Positions 1 through 12,730 of a stretch of DNA of 64,000 nt are shown here, one piece after another. The notes under the pieces are model-generated. The model had not been told where the DNA came from. It made no database searches and was given only the letters and a program-made list of their open reading frames with translations. A program made the position numbers and the translations under genes. The stretch is from Chlorokybus atmophyticus. Its lineage: Eukaryota; Plantae; Mesostigma and Chlorokybus algae. The stretch spans positions 996,451 through 1,060,450 of the forward strand of contig RHPI01002503.1 of assembly GCA_009103225.1 (NCBI GenBank), written 5' to 3'. Numbering within the stretch: the first letter of the stretch is position 1; each line of letters begins with the position of its first letter.

Positions 1-101
1 AGTAGCACAGCAGCCTTGCACTGCTTTAGCACAACCGGCACCATATTCTGCTTGTGTGAATGGGTGCACGCACTGTTGTTTTTAACAACTTGCGTACCAA
101 C

Positions 102-385
102 CTTCAGAGCAGCGTCCAGTGAGGTCAGCAGAGTCTGACCGCTTGCCGTGTGCTTAACAAAGGCGTTGGCAGCACCGTGGAGAGAGCGCGTCTCAGCCTG
201 CACAAGTGGTGTCCGTTGTTGCATCATATGGCGCATGGGAAAGCAAGCGTCGTCAAGTGTCCAACAGAAACATACCTCTAGACGACGCTGAAGCAGGAAG
301 CAGTTTGCCACACCAGAGTTCACAGCGTCGACACAACTTTCGCAGAAGGCACCTGCCATAGCCCCGGCGACACGCCTTGCCTGGT
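102..385 (-). CDS. BLOS1: BLOC-1 subunit 1 (BLOS1/GCN5L1)-like, two internal exons (276-385 and 102-197); remaining exons not resolved, gene probably continues off the left edge
   Basis: Spliced translation DQARRVAGAMAGAFCESCVDAVNSGVANCFLLQRRLE|AETRSLHGAANAFVKHTASGQTLLTSLDAALK follows the BLOS1 pattern (VDxVNxGV...E.E.R.L...AxKEIGD); GT-AG junctions; divergent from PRP39. Confidence 0.65.
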
Positions 386-1270
386 CTGCAAAGTGTGGTT
401 CAGTTGCCAACGACGAAGGAAACCGTAGATCAATCGAACACTCAGCTGTCCTCCGCGACATCACATCCTCAGAAACAACACTTGAAGTGACATAGCTTGC
501 GCTCTGAAGCAAGCGACCTCAGCTGGGCTGGGATTGCTTCAGAAACCTCTAGTACTCCTGGCAAATCTAAACCAAGCAAACTCAGTTGTTTGCCTCCACC
601 GCAACAACAACCTAACCCTCAATAACAGATCAATGGATGGAGATTGCGTTTTGAAGCAATTGCCCAGCTGTGATCGCCTCTCTATAACTCCATGCTGCAA
701 CACATGGCCAGTTGCTCTGCAGCAAGGTAAGCGATCCGGCTGGGATCGCTTGCCTTGCTGCAGAGCAAGGACTCCATCACTCTGTGGCAAATCCACGGCG
801 ACACTGCCTGCTGGCATTCCAGCACATGTCGTCGCTTCAAGAGCCAACAATGACTTGACGATGACTGCGCTGCTTATTGTTGAGCAGTGCGGCACACACG
901 CGTGTAGCGCACTGACCATTGTTGTCCTTGAGGGCCAGCTGCCGGTGCGCATGCTCTCGCAGAAGCGCCGCAAACATCACACATGAAGCGCTCCCTAGCA
1001 ACCAGCAACTCAGACAAGCAGGCCCGGCAGGCCGTGAGGCTCACAGGCGGCCCCCCGCAGCTAAGCTTGCAACGCAGCTGCCACATTCAAACTTGCAACC
1101 GATCAAACACAGTCAGCTGCAGCGACGTGGTGCACGCTGCAAACCTCATAAGTTGGGCGCAGCCGGGCATCACTAGCTCCTGCGAAAGTGAGCAGATTTG
1201 CATGCTAAGCAGGCATTAGGGTTTCAGCTGTGGCGGTGGCGGCGGTGAGGGTGTCGTTGTTGTAGGGCAG

Positions 1271-4200
1271 ATGGCGGGAGCCATGGCAGAGGCTGTTGCA
1301 ATGGAGGCGTCAGTTTCTGAAGTACCTGTCGCAGATGCTGGCGACGCTGCGGCCGCAGCCGCCACCACTGCGGCACCAATTGACGTCTCATACGCCGCGC
1401 AGGGTGCGGAAGCTCAAAGCTATGCTGGTAAGAGTTGAATGTGTGTAACAGTCACTGCTGTGTCAGTTGAACGACAACTGGGGCTCGTGCGAGTACTGAA
1501 GCAGTTGCATTGTCAGCAAACCTTGCAAGTCACGCTGGCAAATCAACAACCAACACTGCCTGCATGTCCATGCACGCATTGCAGTTCTTCAACTTCACAC
1601 AGCGTTATCAAGAACAACATTCCGTGTTGCAAGACTGTGTCGTTGTGATTCACTTACATGGTTCTTTGATCTGCACAGCACAAGCCACTACTGCAGCTGC
1701 CACTGAGCCGGAGCCAACTCAGTTATCTGAATATGATCAGTACTGGAACGTTGTGAAAGCAAATCCCGCAGACTTCAACACTTGGACACAGCTCATTGCT
1801 GTTGCTGAGCGGACGGTATGCCGGCTGTTCTCTAGCTAGTTATTCTTGCATTGTCTCGTCGTGCAGTCGCTTGATAGTTGTATCTACAGGGCGAGCTGGA
1901 AAAGATACGCGCAGTATTTGACGCATTCTTTGTGGACTACCCTCTCTGCTATGGCTACTGGAAGAAGTATGCGGATCATGAGTTGCACTTGGGTGCTCCA
2001 GACACTTCCGTGGGCTTGGCAAGGGCAGTTTACGAGCGTGCAGTGGTTGCGGTCGCGCACAGTGTGGATATCTGGACGCATTATTGCACCTTCCTGCTGG
2101 AAAAATCCGAAAACCAGGATGAGATCCGCAGGTACGGAAGCCAGCTCATCTGGTAGCCAGTGGTGTTTGAGTCTAGGTGCATGCTTCCCCAACTGATCCG
2201 ACTCACTTTGTTTTGAGCCTCTGAGATCGTGAACGCAAGGGGGCATTACCTGCTACATACGGAGGCCTGTTCATCTTGCACCCAATCACAGTTTTGCATG
2301 CTCATGCGTCAAAGCATTGTTGGTGCTGCAAGCATTGTTGGGCGTGTCCTGCCGTTGTCGGTAGATAACAACCATGAGGCTCGCATGCAAGCGGTCATGA
2401 TGTTGGAGTGACGATGCCATTGGGCACATATGTGCAGACACATCTTCCCCTTGAGCACGTCCTGTCTCGAGAACCTTAGGGTTAACTGATGGAAGGTACC
2501 GTTTCTCGGTGAAGCCTTCGGTGTAAACCCTTTTGGCGAGCAGGCGTTGCATTCTCATGGCATGGCCATGAGGCAGGTTACCTGAATCATGGTGCTAATG
2601 TCTGTCTTTGCGTCCACGCAGTGCATTTGAGAAGGCGGCTGAAGTCATTGGCACGGACTATGTGTCACATATGTTTTGGGATAAGTACCTGGAGTACGTA
2701 TTTTCGACGCAAGACTACCGGAGAGCAGCGGCAGTGTACACGCAGATCCTGCATATCCCTCTGCAGCAGCTGGATAGATACTGGACCAGGTAATACTGTG
2801 ACCTTGCTATCTGCTTGCAGTGCAGGCTACGTGTGGCCAGAAGCTAACAATCTGTACCTGATTGGCAGCCTCAAGCAGTTCGCAACTTCCCGACCCTTGG
2901 AAGAGTTGCAAACGGCTGAGGAAGTTGCAGAGGCTGCAACAGCTGCTGCAGAAGTTGCTCCTTTTGAAGCGACAGCAGAGCTTACAGCTGACAACTCTGA
3001 AGTTGCTGATGGTGAAGCAGCAGCTGATGGTGCGATTGCATCCAGTGCAAAGCCTTCTGAGCTGACAGACAAGGACAAATGGCTTGCTGTACGGGAAGCT
3101 ATCTACCTGGCAACAAAGCAGGAGGATGCCAATATTCGAGATTTTGAGCTTGCTATTAAGCGTCCGTACTTCCATGTCAAGCCTCTGGATGACATGCAGT
3201 TACTGAACTGGCATAGGTATATAGATTCAAAGGAGCAGAGCGCGAACAATACCAAGGTAGAACTTGCTGTCAAGCTTTCTTGCAAACACTTGTTCTGCGA
3301 GGTGTAAATTCCCAAACATGACCGCTGTGCACAGGTGACAAAGCTCTATGAGCGCTGCCTTGTGGCATGTGCAAACTACCCAGAGTTTTGGATCCGGTAT
3401 GTGAGCTGGCTGGACAAGAATGTGACTGCTGATGGCGCCAGGGAGGCCCTGAGTCGCGCAACTGATACCTTTGTCAAGGTGCGTCACTGTCCTGTGTTGA
3501 TGACAAGACCATGTGTAAGCTGCATGCATCATTGGGTTTTGTGCACAGAGGAAAACGGAGGCTCACTTGTTCGCTGCGCGCTTTGAGGAGCAACATGGGA
3601 ACATTGATGTGGCTCGGCAACACTACGCACATCTTCTCTCAATGGTCGCACCTGGGCTTCTCAAAGCTATCGTTGCAAGCGCCAATATGGAGCGGCGGCA
3701 GGTATGCTTTGCAACTGCAGCTTCTTCACTCGCTTTGGCGCCTCTTACTGATTTACTTGCGTAGGGTGACATGCCTGCTGCTCGCCGTGTCTATGAGGCT
3801 GCCTTAGATGGCGAACAGTCCAAAGAGGACTCCAAGCTGTTGCCATTGTTGTGTGTTCAGTACATGCGCTTCCTGGATCAGGTATGAGCGGCATAGGGTG
3901 TTCACCTTGCACATGCACCTTGACAATGTCTGTAATATGTATATGCAGGCTATCTCCGATGTCGACCGCGCGCGAGAGATCTACACACTTGCACTGGAAA
4001 AAGCATCCAGTAGCAGGCTTGTGTGGGAGGTATGTATGTGTATAGCAGCTGCTTGGGAAGGCTGCTATTGTTCAACAGCCGTAACAAGTGGTTCCTGCAG
4101 GCGGCAGTAGCTCTTGAGATCAGACACAAGGATAGTGCACGCGCGGTCGCACTGTATGAACGGGCTCTGTCTGATGACGCAGGCAACAAACTGAGTATGT

Positions 4201-4981
4201 CGGATCGTGAAGATCTATCTGTGCAGTGTCTTGAGGTATGCTGTCTGGTAACAGTACGGAACTTGTCATGCTTCTGTCGTTATTCGTAGCTGCTGTGTTT
4301 ATCTTCATGATGGGCTTGGTTGCAGTTCCTTGACCTCCAAGGTGACCAAGCAGCGCTGGCAGCTGCAGAGGAACGCCACAACAAGTTATTCCCTCCCCAG
4401 TCTGCCCGTCCACCAGAGTCGCGCAAACGTCCTGGTGATGCTAGCGGTGAGCCAAACAAAAAGGCACAGCGGACCAACGCACCAGCAGGCTATGCACCTG
4501 CCGCGAATGGCCATGCTGCGTCATCAGGGTACCAGTACGGTGCCCAGGCTGGCTACCAGCAGCCTTATGGACAGTACGCTGCCCCATATGCGGCTCCACA
4601 GCAGGTATATCCTCAATGTCTTGTGTCGCTCTGAGCGTCTTGCGATGCACATTCCAATTGCAAGCACTAACCTGCATTTCCCACTGCCAGCCTGCCTATG
4701 CTGGATACGGGTATGCGGCGGGTTATGGTGCAGCGCCTGCACAGCAGGCATATGCAGCTCCACAGGCATATGCATACGGCCAGTCACAGCCTTACGCACA
4801 AACAGTATGTCGCCGAATGATTTGTCCTGTTTTCGCTGGACATCCCAGTTGTACTGCATCAAGAGACCCGCGAGCAGTGGTTTAACACATTACTGTTTTT
4901 CGATTGCAGGCTGCGTACACTGGCTCCTACTCTGCACCACAGTCGCAGGCGTATTATCAAGGCTACTACCAGCAGCAATAG
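1271..4981 (+). CDS. PRP39: Pre-mRNA-processing factor 39 (HAT-repeat U1 snRNP protein), multi-exon
   Basis: Exon peptides [95 protein letters not shown]; Y/Q/A-rich tail; ATG 1271, TAG 4979-4981. Confidence 0.93.
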
Positions 4982-5899
4982 CCCCTGGTGCAGGCAGCTA
5001 GAGCAGGCCTTCAGCACGGTTGAATGCCTTCTGGATCCTGACGCTTGAGGGTTGCGAGGGTATATTTACCTGTCGCAACTGTCATGCTGATAACGCAGTC
5101 AGGCTTATTGAATCTGCTCGTACTTCACCAACCTGTGCTCGCTGGTTACTATGCGCTGACGCTCATATGCACCCAACAAAACAGTTCTGGTAGCCCTAAC
5201 TGTTGTACATCGCGCGCGTCCCATGTCGCACACTTTGTCCAACTGGGAGTACCATGTAATGCTCAGGGTGTACGACTGTAGCCGCAATATCATGTGCTGG
5301 TGCAGACACGAAGGGTGCTCGAATCAGGATGTCATCTTGTTAAACAAGATGTTCCACATTGTCTTGTTGAAGTGACCGCAGTGGCACGTGAGCCAAGGTG
5401 AACATCGCAGGAAGGTGTGTTGCACAGAGTTAGTAAGCAAGGCAAGAACTCCGGGCTGCGGTGTGACACCGCATTTGGCTTCCAAAGTCCAATTGACCAA
5501 CTGATTTCGTTTGCATACAGGAGATTGCACAAAGAAGGCACTAATCACAACTCATGGTCGTGTTCGCAAATGACTGTTTGCGTTTTTTTATATTCATAAT
5601 AGTAAAGTAAGAGTTTGATGAGCTTGCTTTCACCTTGGCTTGGTTTATCATCCGATAAAAGAAAACACACGGAGAGCTTAGTGGTGAGGGGGATTCTTGA
5701 GGCCTTGGATTTAAATATTGATTGTGCTCTAAATGCAATAAATATGCGGTCACATGTATAAAGATCTAAGACACTAGTCGACAGTGTAGTCAGCTTGAAG
5801 TTGTCACACCTTGTTGTAAGCACAGAATGCTTGATAATTAACGCTGCCATAACAGTGTGTACCGTCATTGATAGGTCTTACTATTACAAGCAATGCATT

Positions 5900-7245
5900 G
5901 GGAAAATGGCAATAACTACATAATATAACTTAAAATAATAGCGAAATGAACTGTTATAATACGCTACTTGCATATCCACATTGTTGTGTCGTGGAATTGC
6001 TCACTTAAGCACCGTGCATTTCACCGTTTATATATACCTCATGGTAAGACTTAAATACCCAACGGCAATAATTATCGCAACAACTTGTAAAGATATAATA
6101 TTAAGCACTTACTCTAAAATTTCATGATTGAGCAATCTCTTATATGTGTATATATAAATGATGAAAGGAACTTACTTGCAATGATGATGAGTGAGCATTG
6201 ACTCGTGTATATATATATATGAGTGCTTGTGGCATGTCCATGCAACAATGCATATGTGAAACTAAAGCGATACACTTATATCTACATAAAATATATGGAC
6301 ATACTTTATCAAGACACATTTGCACTAAACAGATATGCGTGAGGGGCTTATGACCATCTTTAAAGACGTGTGTGCAAGCATAAGCTAAAAATTCTATATG
6401 TTAATGTCCGTCCTGATACATAATTACACAACGACGAGTAAAGCAACATTTATATCATGTTACTATAAATTGTTTTATCTAATTAGTGTGCAATCATGCA
6501 TGTTGATCATGTGTTACATATATGATGTATTATATTGCTGAAACGTTTGCGCGCCATTTTGCATTAACTTAAAGCAATCAAATGCTTTCGTCATCACGCA
6601 TGTATTGAAATTCTTGCATTATTATATATAATTCTGCAAAGATGATGTTACTATGTACGATAGCCAAAATTCGCCTTCAACACATATGACTGTCGAGTTC
6701 GCTATGCTTGCCTAAATAAGTGTGATTATCTTATGACACTTGTGCCAATGGCTTCACGAAGACCCCGAGTGTTTTGTCCTATTAAACGTCTCGCACGGTA
6801 AGCTCGTCTTGTATTATTGGCTTGCATAATGTATGTCACATGTTCGCTTGCTGTAGCACAAAGGTATACAGCCTGTATACTCGTAAGCTACAACTATCAT
6901 ACATCACATTTGTTTGTAGCTCATCATCTGTGAGTCGCAACTATGAGAAATAAGCTGTCAAGAACATCTCGTACTGATGACACAATATGTCATGACCCAT
7001 CATCATAACGGTTTTCGGTAATTCGCCATGAGTACAGTATGACCTCGTTCCAAACGACATATGTACTCCTTACATTTTGTCTCGTGTAAAAAGGGTCTTT
7101 TTGCTCGATGTAAATGTTAATGTTTAACATCGAGGTTGCGTCACAAACATCACACACGTTACATCGTGTGATGTTGTGACATGTTATACATGTTACACAT
7201 TTATTTATGTTTAGTATAACTTGATGCTTACATATCATGTCGATT
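5900..7245 (-). pseudogene. AT-rich decayed ORF relic of an unclassified element, homologous to 46410-48530
   Basis: Stop-riddled frames; colinear similarity to the 46.4-47.2 kb region (tacgatagccaaaattcgc vs tacgatagcaaaaatcgc; peptide SWRITE vs SWPTE). Confidence 0.4.
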
Positions 7246-7949
7246 AATGAGGGTGCATTCCTTAATGCACCCTCCGTGTAAGAAAGTTGATGGTATCAAG
7301 GTCTCCTACTGCAAGGCGTCTTGCTCTTAGAATGAAAAAATTTTGAGTGGTAAAGATCCGTTGCCCAAAATGTCGCTTACCAGGCGAGATCTCTCTTACT
7401 CGGAGGCCTCTAATGGAGAGGTTATACTGTACCAGTCGGAGTCGGAACCCTTCCGTCTACGGAGACGCCCGCGGAGACCCGCGGAGACACCGGACGGCCG
7501 GCGCGCGACCGGAACCCCGCCGCGCGGCCGGCGCCCCGCCGGCCCCGCGCGTCTCCGGTTAACCGAGGCGTCGGCGGTCGACGCGCACGCGCCGACGCTG
7601 ACGCCATTAACGTCGGCGGCCACGCCCGTTGCAATGTGGTCTGGGCGGGCGGGAAGGCGGCAAGCTCCTTGCCGCCTCCGCCCGGCAAGCAGCGGAGAGA
7701 GGGCGGCGGAGGGCAGGGTGGTGTGGGCGAAGCGGAGAGGGCAGGGTGGCGTGGGCGAACCGGAAGGTGGCGAGCTTTTCGCCGCCTGCTCCCTGCAGGC
7801 AGCGGAGAGACGGCTGCGCTGGGCAGGGTGGTGTGGGCCGGCGAGAGGGCGATGGGTGACTGGCGGTGAGTGGGGCGCGAGCGAAGCAGCTGCTTTGTCG
7901 TTTGTAGGTTAGGTTTTCATAAGTGTTCAATCGTTGGCTTGTTAGCAGT

Positions 7950-8750
7950 CGCTGCAGTTGCAGGGGGTGTTCTGTGCCTAGGGTTGTTTTATTTAATGAA
8001 TGGCTTACAAGACTGCAAGAGTGTGTATTCTGACATTTGCAGGGTTGTTGTGTGTGTATACACGCACGCATACACGCACATTACATGTAGCAACTGTAAG
8101 AGTGTGACTGGCGAACAATTGCAGTGTTTGTTTTAAGTGTATGCGTGCACACGCATGCAAGCGTACACACACACTATATGCACGCAGCAGCTGTACCAGT
8201 GTATGCGTGTGTACTTGACTGCGCACGCACACTGCATGCAGCAACTGTAAGAGTGTGTGACTGGGGAACAATTGCAGTGTTTGTTATAAGTGTAGGCGTG
8301 CACAAGCATGCATGCGTACACTCACACACACAATGCACGCAGCAGCCATTACATGTAGCAACTGTAAGAGTGTGACTGGCGAACAATTGCAGTGTTTGTT
8401 TTAAGTGTATGCGTGCACACGCATGCAAGCGTACACACTCACTATATGCACGCAGCAGCTGTACCAGTGTATGCGTGTGTACTTGACTGCGCACGCACAC
8501 TGCATGCAGCAACTGTAAGAGTGTGTGACTGGGGAACAATTGCAGTGTTTGTTATAGGTGTAGGCGTGCACAAGCATGCATGCGTACACTCACACACACA
8601 ATGCACGCAGCAGCTGAACGGGTGTACTCGTGTGTACTTGACTTGTACTTGACTGGCAATAGTTGCAGGGTTTGTTGTATGTGTAGGCGTGCACATGCAC
8701 GCGCACACATACGCACAGTGCACGCAGCAGCTGTACAAGTCTAAGTGTGT
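7950..8750. repeat. CA/TG-rich satellite with 268-bp higher-order period built of ~134-bp monomers
   Basis: cattacatgtagcaactgtaagagtgtgactggcgaac at 8079 and 8347; sub-unit gcaactgtaagagtgtg near 8090, 8221, 8358, 8509; near-identical ORF translations at 8124 and 8392. Confidence 0.85.
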
Positions 8751-9105
8751 ACATGACGGGCGACAGTTGTAGTGCTCAGTTGTATTGGTTAGCTAAGTTG
8801 TTTGAAAAAGAATTGGCCCTGGGTGGTCAGCCTTGCAGTCATAGTGTAGGTGGTAGCTGAGTAACTAGATTAGTAAAGCCCCGTGGTAAGTAGTACTTGC
8901 TGCTGTTGGCATGCTGTGCGCTCATTACTTGAATGTAACATGCATGGACATACGCACCTCATTTCATGTACATTGTGGCACATGTATCTACACAGCCAGC
9001 CAGCACCAATTCCCGCCCACTTCACTTACAGGTACACTACCTAGACTTCAAGCATGGCTATCAATGTGCTTATGTATACACACATGTACATGCTCAACTC
9101 TTAAC

Positions 9106-12100
9106 TCAATCAAGGCATGCCTCCTCTGCTCCTGCATCGTCATTCAAAGCTTTACGCTTGCCGGAGCGTTGCGCGCGCAGCTGATCACAAAACTGTGTGA
9201 TCGTCATTGCTTTTCCTCGACGGTGTTGTGCGGGGTCATTTCTGTGAGCATCAAGTCGCATTGCTGCATCCTCTTCAGATATGCCAAAGTCTTTGGCCGT
9301 CCTCATTACATGCTGATAGATGATGTTACGCTTGTCGAAAAGCTTCGCCATGGCGCGGTCTCCTTGCCGCCAGGCTGTCTTATGCAATTGCATAAGCTTT
9401 CTGACCGCTGGTCCACCATCCAAGCCGGATGTGTATTCGGTCCAGATGTCCACTACAGTCGACAACTCCTTCTGCAACTGATATTTTGGCGGAATGCCGC
9501 GTGCGTTCGACTTAGATTGAGGGAGTGGTTGCGATGTCGATGCACGATGTGTATCTCTGGCAGGTGCTGCGGAGCGTACGTTATTGCCTGCTGAGCTGTC
9601 CGCTCCAAAGTACACTCCCTGTTGTGCAAATCCTTCACGCATGAAGCGCTCCATGCGAGTGAGTCTCACATCCACAGACGCTTCAAAAGCAATCAGCATC
9701 TGCTGCTGCGCTGTCACGTAGTCCATCACCATTTGCAGTAGCCGCTCTTGCTGTCGCATGATGACGGCAATCTGCACAACAGTCAATATTAACATGTATT
9801 TAATTATACAGGCTGTATATTGAAATGAGTTTGACACATCACATTACATGCTCAAAATAACATACCCGCTCAGGCAGTGTGTCGTATCGTGCGTTTGGCG
9901 CAGCCATTGACTGATCGTGAGCAACACATACTTGTGCGGCCCAAGCCTCAAACTCAGGAGTCTGGAACATAGGGTGTGCACATACGCTCAGAGCGGCGAA
10001 TCCGCACTGCTGCACATCGCCCCGCGTCAACGTTATGTCACGGCGCAGCACAGCTACATCCTGAGTGATCAATACAACAAGTTATGCATTGTTCACATAT
10101 GGGCATTGAAAATTTGCATTACCCCATAACGTCAAGCATGTTTCTGACCTGAGCAATGACGTCACGCATGTAATCGAGGAACTCGCAGTGCTTGTAAGCG
10201 GCATAATCGGTCTGACCGGACGCTCGCTCTCTTTGGCAATACACGCTTGTTATTAAACAATTGAATAAATAATAATACAACATACACAAACAAACACATC
10301 ATGTCTGCTCATACCGCGCGTATCGCCTCCATAGCCTCATCAAGCCATGGAAAAATCTCACGCCGTAATGTATGCGGTAGTGAAAATCGAGAGCGCGCCA
10401 GAATGTATTTCGATGACAGTTGCTCACCACCGTGCCCGGCTATCACAGCGCAAGTAGCCACGTCCAACTTGATGACGTACGACAATGAAAAGTGCTCATT
10501 GTTCCATCTTCCATTCTGCTTAATCCCTTGCTCTGTAGCGCTGCATAGCATAAGCATATAAGCTTACGTGCTAGCAGCCATTCACCATTGAAGCAACAAC
10601 ACATGTAAGACTTACCCTGCATTCATAGCTTGCTGCGATGACTCCTTTCGCGAAGCATGTACCTTCTGCCTCCCGCGCACAATGTCGCACTCTTTAAACG
10701 CCTCACAAGCGTTAACGTACTGCTGCTTGTATGACAGGTGCTTGCTGGGGTCTTCTCCTGGAAACAGTGGTTCTGCATACCTGTTGAAATGATCACAAGT
10801 GTGTTGACTCAATCATATACGTTGCATCTATAACTCAGTCATATACGTTGCATTTATCGTAAGTTATAGCTATAACTCACGAGCAGCAGTGACAGACTTT
10901 ACACTAACCAAGCTGCTCGTGTTGAGAAGTCTGGCGGTGGGCGCTCCTGCAAGTGATACTTATGCAAGAGGTGCATCGCCATTGCGTTCTGCCAGCACGC
11001 TACTGGGTTCCAATGCCTGAGCCCGCCAAAGTATTCAACTCCACCATTCTGTTGAACAAACATATTTCTGGTTAACTTATGTGGTATCGCATGCATTGTG
11101 CATTAAACTCTTATTAAATCAAGCCGTGCGCATGCAACATATATACCTTGTTCATCTTGCCGTTTCGAGACACAAAGCACTGGATGACGCCTTGATCCGG
11201 GCCTAAAAAGGTCTTGTCGGGCTTGTAGATGAAAAGATCGCAGATCTCTACAGCGCGAGAAACATCTCCACGCGTGAGACACACGTGCCGTAAACATAAA
11301 TCAAGCCTAGAGTGCATAAACAAAATGTTAGACAATAAACATAATGCGAACACAAGCATCTGACTACTGTACATACCGTGCTCTCAGTGCTGCTGCCTGT
11401 TTTGCTGCGTTCCCTGATCGCAGTGCCTTTTGCAACCAATACTCGCTCATCCGTCGATAATCATCTGCAGTGTACGACTCCGCACCCGTGCCGGCCAACC
11501 GATCGCGAAACTCACTGTTATAACAATCAAACTATAATGCATAAGGTAAATAAATAAGCAGTTGTGCAATGAAACATACTTGGACTGCAATATGTGTAAT
11601 ACACACACATGCTCGAAGTGTAGTACATGCATGCAGTGCTTACGCTTTTGCTTTGCTGGAGATGTTTCGTTTGGCTACATTTAAGATAAGCTGTACTGCT
11701 TGCTTCTTTCGCAAGTCTTCAGGAAAACAGTCATCTACAACACTTTGATCTTTCAAAGCATCCTGCAAGCCCTTCACATAATTCTCCAAAGTGCTCCAAG
11801 ACTGGTCTTGTTTGGAGATTAGAAACTCTAACGCGCGATCAATGGTTACGCGCGTTAGTAGGCCATGCTCTGTGCACCAACCCTGCAAACATGTACATGC
11901 ACACTTCAGTCAGCATGCCATCATGTCGTCACACATTATGTTGATGCTCCAAGACACTTAGGCCTCATACCTCATAAGCCTTCACAGCGCGTGTATAGGC
12001 AGCTCTTGTGGACGATGGTCGAGCTGCTTGCTTGGCCGATAAGAGATCTGACACTGTTCGTCTGTGTAACGGCGCATGCTGCATATCATCAACATTAAAG

Positions 12101-12114
12101 TCTTCGTTGTCCAT
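9106..12114 (-). CDS. CryptonF-like tyrosine recombinase (Ndc10-like YR domain plus C-terminal GCR1_C domain), ~10 exons, about 700 aa
   Basis: Exons 12114-11971, 11882-11644, 11514-11377, 11306-11147, 11048-10909, 10780-10616, 10540-10315, ~10227-10149, 10060-~9866, ~9770-9106. Motifs RPSSTRAAY...GWC, DRLAGT, LTRGD (R), GKMNK (K), RHWNPVAC, VHASRK (HxxR), GRW...SLSY (Y), MRDVIAQD, HPMFQTPEF; GCR1_C-type YQLQKELSTVVDIWTEYTSGLDGGPAVRKL. Confidence 0.85.
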
Positions 12115-12139
12115 TGTGGCTTGACGGGCGTTCCTGCCC

Positions 12140-12730
12140 ACACCTCATTGAGTTGCCACAGCAAGACACAACAACAGCAACAACAACGACCAGCCCTTGT
12201 GCTGGTCGTTGTTGTTGTTGCCACAGCAAGACACAACAACAACCACAACAACAACAACAACGACCAGCACAAGGGCTGGTCGTTGTTGTTGCCACAGCAA
12301 GACACACCAACAACAACAACAACCGCAACAACAACGACTAGCACAAGTGCTGGTTGTTGTTGTTGTTGCTACAGCAAGACACGACGACAACAACAACAAC
12401 AGCAACAACAACCACCAGCACTTGCGCTGGTCGTTGTTGTTGTTGCCACAGCAAGACACAACAACAACAACAACAACAACAAGCACTTCTGTTGCCACAG
12501 CAAGTCACAACAACAACAACAACAACAAGCACGGACGCTTGTTGTTGTTGCCACCGCAAGACACAACAACAACAACAAGCGCTAAGTGTTGCAACAGCAA
12601 GACACAACAACAACAACAACAACAAGCAGCACTTGTGCTGGTTGTTGTTGTTGTTTCCACAGCAATACACAACAACAACAACAAGAGCTTGTGCTTGTTG
12701 TTGTGGTTGTGGCAACACTTAGCAAGCAAC
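12140..12730. repeat. Palindromic (AAC)n/(GTT)n minisatellite: units GCCACAGCAAGACAC-(AAC)n-GACCAGC..GCTGGTC-(GTT)n
   Basis: gccacagcaagacac recurs several times, each unit followed by an AAC run and then a complementary GTT run forming a hairpin. Confidence 0.8.

Noticed and set aside
534-1219. ORFs on both strands between BLOS1 and PRP39
   Set aside because: No recognisable domain; probably UTR, intron or promoter, though an upstream BLOS1 exon may lie here.
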